From Octopus sinensis (lineage: Eukaryota), in the NCBI RefSeq assembly GCF_006345805.1, contig NC_043008.1, positions 2,666,001 through 2,730,000 on the forward strand: a stretch of 64,000 bases of DNA, written 5' to 3'. Of the stretch, positions 43,389 to 56,296 are shown piece after piece. Under the pieces are notes generated by a model. That model did no database searches, had not been told where the DNA came from, and saw only the letters and a program-made list of their open reading frames with translations. The position numbers were made by a program, and so were the translations under genes. How positions within the stretch are numbered: position 1 is the first letter of the stretch; the number at the start of each line of letters is the position of its first letter.

Positions 43389-45232
43389 GCTTTCTCTCTT
43401 CCAGTCCTTATCTCTCTGATGGTATTTACCATATTCTTGATTTACGGTAGCATGATCAGTGAGAAAAATAAAATAGGTATTAAATATTTAATTCGCCTTA
43501 CTTCCTCTGGTTATTCAGTACTTTTTCTTGAGAATTTAGCACGCGATCCACATGAATACATCTTTAATTTTTTAATATGAAATGTAAAAGTAAGTCACTC
43601 AGAAAGTGGTCGCTTTTCATTAAACTGATCTTGCGTAATATTTTACAGTTTCTTGTCGAAGAATATGACGCTTAGTTGGTCGAGTTAATTACTGATTGTT
43701 TCAGTTTTTAATTAACTATTTGAAAAAACATATCTTTTTGCTGATAAGTGGTAACCATATAAGAAATAAAACTAGATTTCAGTGACATATTCATCTCCAA
43801 GCTATGTTTTGTGTTGTCACTAAAGCTTAGACACACGAGGCGACTCAATCCCCAAGTCGTATCTCATCGTCAACCGTATCGTGAAGGAAATCAGTTCGTT
43901 CAATAATCATGTTAATCTCTTTTTTTATCTCCAGTAAATGTCTCTGGAATTACTTCCGTTTTTATAATGTACTTCCACATCAACTGAAATTGAGCGGGCC
44001 TCATGTTAAAGGTATTCCTGGCGGGACGAACACAACTTTCTAAACATGTACTAGCTAGAAATATAAGTTCTAATATTTCCTTTTTCTTTATTTTTGAAGA
44101 CATTAGGTTATAATTGTAGGAAGAAATGGCTGTTATTTCTAGCAAATCTAGCTACCGCTCATATACACACCAGTTTGCTTGCCACTACTTATGCATTACC
44201 ATCCACCTAGATCTATGTAATACACACTACAAAGTCATCGATCTCACCGGTGTCGGAGGGTCTATAGTTCCTTGTTCACACCAAAACCATGAAAAAAAAA
44301 CATCTAGGTATAATAGAATTGCTCAAGCTATTTCTTCTCGAAAACTCAAAATTAATCCCGAAATGAAGATTATTGCACAATAAGATGAATTATAGAAATC
44401 CAAATATGGATGTCCTATTCTATAGTTTTACAACTGAATCGTTCCATGCAATAATGTTAATTTTACCTATAAATCTATTTCTTAAGTAGATGATGAAGTG
44501 TATCAGAATGGAAATGTTTTTTTTTTAAATTACTCTTTTTTTCCATTCCTTAAATGTCTCCCTGTCATCATCACTTCTAAAAGGATTGATTTATTTCACT
44601 TCTCTTTCTCTCAGAAAGGAAATAAAAAGGAAATTAATTTTTCTTTTCTTAATATTTAGCTGGGGTTTTTTTAAAGTTTTTTTTTTTATAATCTCCAGAT
44701 TACTAGGAGCGGCTTGAAGAAACAGCTTAATGTTGAATGCGAAAGCTGCCATGTTTTCAATATTATTGAGTATTTTTATAATCCATGGAGATCAAAGAAA
44801 AAATATTCAAAGGAATAGCGCGTGAAATCATCGATTAATTATTTCAAAGGTATAATACTTCATCAAGGTTTGACGATGTTTAACTCAGTTACATAAATAA
44901 TTTGGTGTGGGGATACAAGCATAATCCCACTGCAAAACTGGGTGCTAGTAATGTGCACTGAATTGTGTAGTGTGCATTTGTAATCTTCTGGTATTAATAT
45001 AAAACCAGCACTAATGAGTTAATATTCAAAATATTTAAATTAAGTATTTAAAGTATTTGAAATAGAATGTGGTGGATGAGGCCGTATACTGGGAAAAAAG
45101 ATGCTATTAATATGGTGGTTGAATTTTGCACGCTTTATTTATGAGTTTTATGTACCAGTTGCCAATGAGGGCTAACAAAGCAACAAGCATTAAAGTAAAA
45201 CAGAAACAGGATGGTATGAACTTATACAATCC

Positions 45233-45461
45233 AAGGCGGCGAGCTGGCAGAAACGTTAGCATGCCAGGCGAAATACTTAGCGGTATTTTGTCAGCCGTTA
45301 TCTTCTGAGTTCAAATTTCGCCGAGGTCGACTTTCATCCTTTCGGGGTCGATTAAATAAGTACCAGTCACGCACTGGGGTCGATGTAATCGACTTAATCC
45401 GTTTGTCTGTCCTTGTTTGTCCTCTCTGTGTTTAGCCCCTTCTGGGCAGTAAAGAAATAAG
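45233..45461 (+). mobile_element. OR1/OR2-like SINE, full length, tail A
   Basis: aaggcggcgagctggcagaaacgttagcatgccaggcgaaat...ttctgagttcaaatttcgccgaggtcgac...tttagccccttctgggcagtaaagaaataag. Confidence 0.92.
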
Positions 45462-45960
45462 AAGGGCTGATGCGGCTGACTTCCAGTCGCCGATGGGGCA
45501 ACTAGAATTTCCGCGTGTCAATGGCAAGCATCTTGACTGGATAAATTTCTTTCCATACGTGGGAGTCGAATCCCTAATCTGGGACACGCATTACTATGAC
45601 ACATTTTCCTGATCGAATCATACTACATCGGCTGTAGTCATGGGGATTGCAGTACGTAACGCAGAGGAGATGAAGACAGAAATGCGGGAGTTTGACCAGT
45701 CGCGCGATCAGTTTGTGTCAGTCGATGTCGAGACCTCAGGTGTTCTAGAATCCCGTATTACTGATTTCTTCAGCAAAATCGGTTAATTGCGATCCGGCAG
45801 AGAAATCCGTCTCGCGATGTAGGGTGACTTTTTCAGTGAGCGCACCTGCCCTTTCTCCGCGGGCAACGCCTCTGCAATCATGACCACTGGGCACGACGGA
45901 ACGTTTCATTTGGTCTGTGGTGTACAACCTGTAAATCCACCCCTCCCATCATCTGCTGCA
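45462..45960 (+). mobile_element. Degenerate coding relic, probably L1/Tx1 ORF1
   Basis: GC-richer island; one frame of about 165 codons has only three stops (RADAADFQSPMGQLEFPRVNG...SRITDFFSKIG*LRSGREIRLAM*GDFF...). The FFSK.G...GD segment recalls L1/Tx1 ORF1. Confidence 0.4.
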
Positions 45961-46353
45961 TGTTCCCCCATCTCTTTTTCTTTTTTTATCAATTTTTATG
46001 TTTTTTGTGGATTACTTGATTTAATATGGTTATAATTCGGGATAGTAACATTTTTTCTTACGAGATAACTACTCGCTCTATATATTCAATGTTCGCTTCG
46101 GATTTATTTTATTATCGTTATTCTTTTGTGTTCAATGTCTAGAGTTCTTTCGTCATATATTCTGTGTCTTCTTCGCTAAGTGTCTGTCCCACGTGTGTCT
46201 TCTTGCCTGACACTTTCATTTTGGGTGTCCTAAGAACATAATATGCAACTTCATGAAACATGAATAGTAAGTATTAAATACACTATTTTGTGACATGGTT
46301 GAATTTATATTCTGATTTGATGAATTTATGGGGGTTTCTGTCTGTAATGATAC

Positions 46354-46388
<35 letters not shown>

Positions 46389-46489
46389 CATGTATGTATA
46401 GGGAGAGTTTACGAAAAAACAAAAGACGAAGACAGATGGTGTACAAACCAAACAGATGTATTAGTATAACGCCCAGGAATAGAAAAAAT

Positions 46490-46525
46490 CTTTTACGTTT
46501 CGAGCCTACGCTCTTCTACAGAAAG
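46490..46525 (-). ncRNA. Hammerhead-like motif with variant core (unit 1, minus strand)
   Basis: Minus strand cttt-CTGTAGA-a-gagc(gtag)gctc-GAA-acgt-a-aaag: all three stems are present, but the core has U instead of A at position 6. Confidence 0.5.
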
Positions 46526-46627
46526 GGACACAGAAAGAAACAAGGAGAGACACAAATGTGTGTAGTGGCTAACGATCTATCATGGCGACCATCTTAGACC
46601 ATTAATATTTGGCCATGTTTATATATA

Positions 46628-46711
<84 letters not shown>

Positions 46712-46770
46712 GATATAGAAATTGGGGTGAGTACTTGATGTAACACATGTCCTTGTGGAAGCTGTTGTGC

Positions 46771-46848
46771 GCGGCTGAAGAAGGCCACAAACATACATTA
46801 TGCATTGTTATAAATCTGTCTAATAAAGGCCCGAAACATATGTACCGC
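46771..46848 (+). ncRNA. Type I hammerhead ribozyme motif (unit 1, plus strand)
   Basis: gcgg-CTGAAGA-a-ggcc(41-nt loop)ggcc-c-GAA-acatatgt-a-ccgc: stem I gcgg/ccgc, palindromic stem III acat/atgt, GUA triplet; A-C mismatch at the base of stem II. Confidence 0.65.
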
Positions 46849-46895
46849 TGAATCCTTGGCATCATGTTTTATTTTGATCAATTTTATATATAGAT

Positions 46896-46985
<90 letters not shown>

Positions 46986-47087
46986 GCATGTATGTATAGG
47001 GAGAGTTTACGAAAAAACAAAAGACGAAGACAGATGGTGTACAAACCAAACAGATGTATTAGTATAACGCCCAGGAATAGAAAAAAT

Positions 47088-47123
47088 CTTTTACGTTTCG
47101 AGCCTACGCTCTTCTACAGAAAG
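47088..47123 (-). ncRNA. Hammerhead-like motif with variant core (unit 2, minus strand)
   Basis: Identical to 46490-46525, offset by 598 nt. Confidence 0.5.
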
Positions 47124-47214
47124 GGACACAGAAAGAAACAAGGAGAGACACAAATGTGTGTAGTGGCTAACGATCTATCATGGCGACCATCTTAGACCAT
47201 TAATATTTGGCCAT

Positions 47215-47303
<89 letters not shown>

Positions 47304-47363
47304 GATATAGAAATTTGGGGTGAGTACTTGATGTAACACATGTCCTTGTGGAAGCTGTTGTGC

Positions 47364-47441
47364 GCGGCTGAAGAAGGCCACAAACATACATTATGCATTG
47401 TTATAAATCTGTCTAATAAAGGCCCGAAACATATGTACCGC
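47364..47441 (+). ncRNA. Type I hammerhead ribozyme motif (unit 2, plus strand)
   Basis: Identical to 46771-46848, offset by 593 nt. Confidence 0.65.
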
Positions 47442-47497
47442 TGAATCCTTGGCATCATGATTTTATTTTGATCAATTTTATATATAGATATAGATAT

Positions 47498-47590
<93 letters not shown>

Positions 47591-47809
47591 GTATATGAGT
47601 GCGTGTATATTTGTTTCTGTGAACATACCTCGGTACATATTTCCGACATGTGTATACCGATCGAAACTTCATATAAATAGCTGCATGTGAAAGATGATGT
47701 TTATCGCAGCCATTGGATATACAAGAATGTGTCAATGTAAATTTTATATTACAAAAGTAACGTTGAAAATCAAATGGAAAATATAACATCGTTATATAAG
47801 AAAAGTTAT

Positions 47810-48490
47810 TATAATCATCTCAAGAAGTATACAGACTGAGGTAAATCAAGGAAAAAGGGTGGAGGATCGAGTCGAAAGACACAGTGACGTACATCAGCCA
47901 TTGAAAGGAAGAACCTTTTTGCTGGGCCATTATCCTGATTCAACTACAACCCTTTTGTCAGTTTTCCTGGTTGTTTAGTCTTGATAGCTTTTCATAACTG
48001 TTGTTCATATCCTTTCATGACCGTCGAATATTCTCATATGCCTCAAAGCATGCGCTAATCGCATTCGCTATTCCTCCAGCACCTATCATGCATCACTATG
48101 TGATGATGAGCAAAGTGTCTGTCGCAGGACGTCCAAACTTAGGGTCACCTTCAAGTTTCTCTCCTAAATTCAACAACTCAGATTGGCAACGTTGATAAAG
48201 ATGGGCTGTCATCTCCTTATGTAGCAAATAAATTACAGTATTGATGACGTCGGATGCTATGTCGTTTATTTACAAGTACTGATAACACCAGGAATCCAAA
48301 TTTGGCCCATTTCAAGAGAAATCGCAACTAGTAGTTATGTTTACCGACATATTTCGATCCGCCAAATTTCGCTTTACCGGAAGAAAAAGCAATGCTGTCA
48401 TTTATAAGATGAGTTTCCGTGTGCATGATTTCACTGCCCTAGCATCACTCATTCGAATCAGTGTATGAAATTTTCAGGACACCCTCGTAG
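47810..48490 (-). mobile_element. Internally deleted mariner element
   Basis: TIR-like end ggacaccctcgta at 48478-48490; minus strand reads GDDSPSLST and KAIKTKQPGKLTKGL*LNQDNGPA...MADVRHCVF..DPPPFFLDL, matching mariner HDNA.PH / HPPYSPDLAPSD. Confidence 0.8.
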
Positions 48491-48599
48491 AATCTTAGAC
48501 AATTAATATTTGGCCATGTCCTTTTAAAGAAGCACGCGCACACGCATGCACTCACTAACTCACAAGCACATATAGATATATGCCTATAATATATAAATA

Positions 48600-48780
48600 T
48601 GTATCTATATATTGGCCATGCTGGGCCGTTGAACGTCTACAAGTAATTTTCATTGTTTATTTCTCGTATTCCTTTCAGTTGAAAAGCGTGGGCTCGAAAC
48701 GTAAAAAGAGTTTTCCATTTTTTACGAAGGACAACCTATCACACTTGTTTGTTTTTTTATACATCCGTCTACGTCTTCTA
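48600..48780 (+). mobile_element. Diverged copy, in opposite orientation, of the repeat carrying the variant hammerhead
   Basis: cctttcagttgaaaagcgtgggctcgaaacgtaaaaag and its flanks align with the reverse complement of 46400-46590; the core is further decayed. Confidence 0.6.
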
Positions 48781-48820
48781 TATATATACATATAGAGAAA
48801 ATGATGCATATATAGATATA

Positions 48821-48868
<48 letters not shown>

Positions 48869-48968
48869 CATATATATTTTTCATTTATCTATATATATTT
48901 ATATATATGTATCTAGTTTATATGAATATGCATTTATGTATGAGTATATTTGTAATATAGATTTGTCG

Positions 48969-49042
<74 letters not shown>

Positions 49043-49163
49043 ATACATAATAGAAAAATAGATGGGCGAAAATATGCCTTGCATGTATGTGCATGTACAT
49101 ATATTTTATTTGGATATTTCTCAACTCCAATGTGCAGAGAAATAGCAAACACATGGAGAATGA

Positions 49164-49222
<59 letters not shown>

Positions 49223-49259
49223 TATTTCAAAAAAAAATGTATATTTATATATTTATATA

Positions 49260-49295
<36 letters not shown>

Positions 49296-49581
49296 TGTAT
49301 GTATGTATATATGCATGTATGCATGTATGTATGTATGTATGTATGCATGCATTCCATGTTTTTACTTGTAGGTAGTATGCGTATATATAGACTTTTACCG
49401 GCGCACCCACATGCACGCAGGGAGAAAGATGCACATCCATACACATGTGTGTGTATTACATAAATTATGTGTGCAGTTTTATATGTGCGTGCGTAATATG
49501 CATCTCTCCATAGAGGTACATATATGCAAACTTACTTACACACATACAAAACACCCACCCACACACATATATATATGTATC

Positions 49582-49612
<31 letters not shown>

Positions 49613-50437
49613 CTTATTTATCTATCTACATATATATATATATATGTGTATATATATATACTTACACATATATAATATATATACATATATGTATATATGT
49701 ATGTATAATCCAAATCGTATTATATTGTGTTTTGTTGATATGAGAGAATATTACTAATAACAAAGACAAAAATATGAACAAAAATAGCAGATAAAATATT
49801 GAATATTCTCCAATGGCAGCAAGAAACATAACCATAATATAATTATATATTTCTCAGAGAAGAGAAAACAACATTTGGGTATGACATAGTATTTGTACAA
49901 TGTTTCTGACAATTCAAAGAACTTGGCACTGGGCGGGCGAGATCTATGTCAAACTCTTAACATCAAGCAATAAATAATTGATTCCTCTTAGCCTTTGAAG
50001 AAAACAGAACAAGCGAGTTCAGCACATGTTTAATTGATAGGTTCGGTCATTTTTACTATTTCCTATCAGAAAGTTGGAAATATATGACAAGCAACACAAA
50101 ATTATTCTAGAAAACATGTTTTCTGGCATAATTCTTTTCTTGTGATGCAAGTCAAAATGCTTGTGCTTTGTTTTGTTTTGTTCGGTCGCTCATGGTATAT
50201 TTATTTGCTTGATTTTACTTCCAAAATTCTCGTTACATATACATACACATATAAACACACGTACACACACAGAAATATGTATAGACACAAAGGGACACTC
50301 ATAAAATTTTGTCAGCTGTGCATGTAAGCACGCACACTTTTGTATGTGTCTATGAGTGCGTGTATGTGTTTATACGTATGTGTGTATTTGTGTGTGGGTG
50401 TGTGTGTGCGTGTATGTATGTGTGTGTGTGTGCGCGT

Positions 50438-50469
<32 letters not shown>

Positions 50470-51351
50470 TAGCGCGTCGATCTCTTCATTTTCTTTCCGT
50501 ACATATTGATGCAATAAAATATCTCTGTCATGTTCAACATAATCAGCCTGCTGCTCTGACTTCTACATATTTTATATTAAGTTATATTTCCACATGTTTG
50601 GCTGCAATTATAAACATACATAATTTTTATTTACTCAAACTTTTCATCTTTCATGTCTACGAAATAAAAAAATAAATGCGTGATATGGAATAGTGTTAGT
50701 GACATTGTTGTGCTCCAGATCCTCTACCGACCAACTATACCAAACAGATCCATCACCAAAATATGTCCCGGCTATGTATTCATGCAGAATACAACCAGAT
50801 TCCATGGTGTAGCTTATCAGCCGATCGGTATGAGCCAACGCATAATTGGATGCTCACAATTGTAGGTCAGTCATCAAAGAGCCACAGTTTGTAGCCACTG
50901 TCTGGTAGTCTTTGTTGGTTCATGATATTACTAAACACATCTTGAAAGGACAGAATGTATTTTTATGTAGAGAGTATTGGTTAATATTATATGCAATATT
51001 TAAATTACAACCAAATTACCTACTGCCAATTTGAGTCACAATTTATTTAATTAAGGAGTGGTTTCTTGTTGAACCCCACTACAAAGGAACCTGGGGTAAG
51101 TTTCAATTACATGCTACTCGATTACATCGGTCCTTAATGCTCAAGCGGAATTCAATCAGTTTCTGAAGCCCTAAAGTGCAGAGACGGAAACAATCCAAAA
51201 TTGGCATCATTGAGTATGGATTTCTAAGTACAGATGTTACTTGATGTTTACTTCCTTCTCGTAGATCCAGACCAGCGCTATTTGTGTTTTATTTCGTCCA
51301 TTTAGATTGTTTTAAATATCGTGGTGAATTGTGACTCCTATAGTAGAAAGG

Positions 51352-51384
<33 letters not shown>

Positions 51385-52644
51385 ATTATTATTATTATTA
51401 TTATTTATTATTATTATTATTATATTATTATTATTATTATTATCATTATCGTTGTTGATATTGTTGTTGTTGTTATCGTTCTTATTATCATCATTATTAC
51501 TGTTATTGTTATCGTATTTATATGCGTATAAAACCTAGGCCACATCAAAACAAACCTATGTTATAAAAAAGTGAACTGCCCGCTAGCAAATATGCATAAC
51601 AATTTTAAAAAGTTATCAACACTAAGAATAATGGTGCACCATTTTGCAAATTCTTCTATAACTATTTACCCGAATATTCAATGCCTTTACTTACTGATTT
51701 GGCTGATTCTCAATTCAGTTTTTCTAACAACAAAGGGAATCGAAAAAAAAAACTTTTCTATGTATTGTATCGTACTGATGACCTTTAGTTCAAAATGTCA
51801 GTCACTATGAGAGTCTAAGCTTAGATGCATGTAAAAATGTCTCTGATCATATAATTATTCAACATTGCATAAACTATTGCGAGCTAACAGAGAAACTTCT
51901 GAGTGGTCATTCAAGCGACTAGAAAGAATAGCCAAATCTTTCCTTGTGACAAACAAACGTTATATAAGACATTTGAAGATATGATTATGAACACTAAGTA
52001 TAGGGGTATGAAGAATGCAACACTTTATAACAGGATACATGAAGACATTCACCTAAAGCGAAACAGACAGCCAAACACACACACACAACATAAATGGAAC
52101 AACTTTCTTCGGGATCGAGGGAACGTTTTAGGGTATTTTTAACTATGCAACACGGAAAATCAACTGCAGAAAGAGTCTTTATAAATGTGGTAGACGTATG
52201 ATAACTATGACAATCACTTTCGTTAGAGTGTATACTTTCCTTAAGATTGTTGATATATGAATTGTAAGAAATGTGGTTGCTGTTCCTAGCTACTTGAACC
52301 AATTTCTATTTTCTTGTTACGTAACATTCACACTGTCGTTGCATAGTTTTATGATCTACCAGAAATAGTTGCCATATAATCTAAAAATTATTACTATGTA
52401 ACGGAATGCCACATTATCCAATTTATAACTATACCATCCAAACTGAATTTAGCTGCTTCAGTTTGCTTTACATCTGAGGGTATCGTAGTAGACATAGAAC
52501 ACTGAGTGCACTGCAAAATTCTACACAAACATATTTGCTTCTGTGACGGTAGTCATATATTACTCCAGCGTACATTAAGCAAGAGAGGAAGACGATTACA
52601 ATTACTACCTTATGCCTGTGGATATGCAATAATTTCACTCTATA

Positions 52645-53034
52645 AAGGCGGCGAGCTGGCAGAAACGGTAGCACGCCGGGCGAAATGCTTAGCAGTATTT
52701 CGTCTGCCGTTACGTTCTGAGTTCAAATTCCGCCGAGGTCGACTTTGCCTTTCATCCTTTCGGGGTCGATTAAATAAGTACCACTCACGCACTGGGGTCG
52801 ATATAATCGACTTAATCCCTTTGTCTGGCCTTGTTTGTCCTCTCTGTGTTTAGCCTCTTGTGGGAAGTAAAGAAATAGGTATTTCGTCTGCCCTTACGTT
52901 CCGAGTTCAAATTCCGGCGAGGTCATCTTTGCCTTTCATCCTTTCGAGGTCGATAAATTAAGTACTGAGGTCGATGTAATTGACTGGCCCCTCCCTAAAA
53001 AAATTGGGCCTTGTGCCTAGAGAAGAAAAGAATA
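52645..53034 (+). mobile_element. Two OR-like SINEs head to tail: a full copy with tail A (52645-52877) and a headless copy with tail B (52878-53034)
   Basis: The body ggtatttcgtctgc...gagttcaaattcc...cctttcatcctttcg occurs twice and is followed by a different tail each time. Confidence 0.9.
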
Positions 53035-54460
53035 ATTACGCCCTACAATTTTTTTTTTCGAAATTTATAACTTCTCCTATTTGTTATATATGACGATATT
53101 CTGTCATCTTCTCAAACGTTTAAAATTGATATTAATGCAGGTGAGGCTGCTGGTTATATTAAATACGTTATCCGTACTTACAATCGCCTACGTTGCCTCT
53201 GTATGGTTCTGATGTTATATTTGTACCCTTAACTCAAGTAATCTCATAATGACTAGAAGTATTACTCCGGACATCATCTAACAAATTATATTCTAGACTA
53301 TATCCAATTTCTACTCACTAATGTTAAAGGTTATATCTGGTGTCGTCGCTGCTTAATGTGTCAGCTGTTTTGTCAATGCCTAATTTCTGTTACTGCCTTA
53401 TTTCTATGTCTTTATATGGTTTTGTCAGTCATGAATTTTTCACAACATAGGCATTGCCGTCACTGTGTTTCTAATTATATATGCCATTATTTGTCGACGT
53501 TTCTTACAAAAGGTTCCACCCATCCAGAAAATATTCGATTGACAATATCTTTTGACTCTGCCCATTATTATCATTGCAAGTACCGCAAAGTATGTGTCTC
53601 TTGACTGAGTGACCTCTTTTACCTGCATAGATTTCCTAAACCTAATTTATCGACTGTAGCTGTTGACTTTCGAACAGTAAAGAGTAATTTGTAGTAGACA
53701 TAGTCCCTATTCTTAGCAAATTGATCTGCCCAATTATAATACTAAGGCATGACTAATTGATATACGAAAACATGATTCATCAACAATGGAGATGATGTCA
53801 AAGACTTCTTTCAGTACAATGTTCACAACGCAGAGGCACCAGGCGGTCAATAGCGATGAGAAATTGACCAAGGAAATAATTCTACAAATAAAGATGTAAT
53901 TCTGCTTCTAAATAAATGGCAAATCTCATTTATAACGGCTTCCTTACAGTTTCTATATTCCTAAGTTTCCTAAGACGTGAGCCGACATACTTATTTCTTT
54001 GTTTCGTCGAAACATTGCACCATGGACACACGGGAAAGTCTTCAACCGAACAATATACAATGCATTGGATTTGAGGTACTTAAATAGCTTAGGTTCATAT
54101 ATATGATTTTTTTTAAATGTATAACATGAAAAACTTTACACCTCATATGGACATTGCGCATAGCGTTTAAATGTTTTAATTTTATTGTGGAAAATACAGT
54201 AAACTGTAACAATGTAAATATACGATGGTGTCATTATATAATTCAGTTCTCGTTGGCCTGAGAAAAGAAATCGGCGAAAGATAGGAAATTGTTAATTATA
54301 GGCGCAACCTGGCACTGTTGTTACAATCAAACTGACACCACGTAGTCCCAGGATCCGTTCCACTGCGTTACACCTTGCAAATAACAACAGATATAATATA
54401 TTGCCGACCAGTGCTTTGTGAGCGCATTTGTCAAAAATTATGGAGAACCCCAATCTGTGG

Positions 54461-54504
<44 letters not shown>

Positions 54505-55185
54505 CTATCAGTAACAATATACTTAGTATATATATATATATATATATACAGAGGGAGAGAGAGAAAGAGACCCGGTTATATATTCATACAACATATAGGT
54601 GTATAAGCAGCTGAACACTGCCTTAAAGTTGCTGGCTTTGTGCCAAGATTTGAAACGATAATTATCTAGTGCTACTTGTAATAAGGTCTTGTTTCATTTT
54701 AATGATAGTAGTAACGTCTTTGCAAGTGAGTTGGTCGTTCCATTTTACAGGTCAAGAGGTCATGGAGATGTGTGTTGATATGGCGGATGCAAGTGAGTAT
54801 TGTATGTCAACGTTTGAAGATGATCTTCCCCTTGTCTTACTATATCAGTTTCAAGGAAACGAAACTCCATGACAGTTATAGATTTCATTGCAGAGCAGAT
54901 CAGATAAAAATTGGAATAATCTTCATAAATTCAAAAGTATGCAATACTAATTCAAGCAGCCAGAGATAAGACGATATTAGAGACTGGAGAACATAGATAA
55001 ACAACAGATATTTAAGCAACAGATAGTCATGCAGATATACACACGCATACAACCGAGAATATGAAGAAAATGAACGTAAAAATTTGTATGAATGAGGATA
55101 TATTTTACAATACAATATACATATTCATACATACACACACACATACATATATACATACATATATATATATATGAATGTGTGTATG

Positions 55186-55249
<64 letters not shown>

Positions 55250-56144
55250 TGTATGTATATATGTGTATGTGTATGTCTGTCGCTGTGTGTACGTGAGTTT
55301 AAATGTGTGCGTGCGTGTGTGTGTGTGTGGTGTGTGTGTGTGTATACACGAACATAAATATATCCAGATAGAAACAAATAACCTGATCTGCGAAACACAC
55401 AAATGTTGATAAATGTAGATAAAGGATCCACTGCTATTGCATACGATTGTACAAGGAATTGGTGATGAAGATAGAGCATAGAGCGAAAAGGAAGAGCAGC
55501 CTTCAGTCCAAAGCCTTCAATATTTGCACAAATAAAAATTCATGCACAGATTCGCCATTTGTTTTTATGTATCAGCCTGAAGTAGTAAAGATTGCTTTTC
55601 TACATTCATTTACATAAACGCCTGCATATGTATGTAATAATTTACATAGAGATAAAAATGCTTCGAAACTAAAATGCATACACACGTATACAAATGCGTA
55701 CCCAGTGTTGCACACATATGCACACATATGTACATAAGTTTGCGCACATACACACTGACACATCCGCATACATCTATATAAACATATACATATAAATATA
55801 TATGTACATGTCGATGATCGTATAATAGTGCATGTGTTTGTAGATATGCATGTATCTACTCGACACACATACTATGACTATATAAAATGTATATATGCAT
55901 ATATATATATGTGTATGTGAGAGAGAGAGAGTGTGTGTGTGTTTGTGCGCATGTATACATACACACACAAACACATATACATATATAATATACAGGTATG
56001 TATTTATATATATATAGTATATGCTTATATATAGATGTATAGATAATTACAACTAAAGGTGAAAAATTAGATATTAATTTGATAATACCATCAATTTAAC
56101 ACCAAGTGGCTTAGCGCATAAAAAACAGGGATACAATAAAAATT

Positions 56145-56296
56145 TATACATAAATATAAGTGAGTGACTACTATATGGTCGACTCTAGCGCTAAAAATAG
56201 ATCCGCTATGGTATTTTTAGTGGCTAATACCATAGCGGATCTATTTTTAGCGCTAGAGTCGACCATATAGTGGTCACTCTCTTATATTTATGTATA
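56145..56296. repeat. Near-perfect hairpin: 71-bp arms, 10-nt loop
   Basis: 56145-56215 is the reverse complement of 56226-56296 with two mismatches. Confidence 0.95.

Larger units (their letters stand above)
46372..47590. repeat. Near-identical direct tandem duplication, two ~595-bp units
   Basis: gggagagtttacg occurs at 46401 and 46999; gcggctgaagaaggcc at 46771 and 47364. Differences are limited to microsatellite lengths and 1-nt indels or substitutions. Confidence 0.95.
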
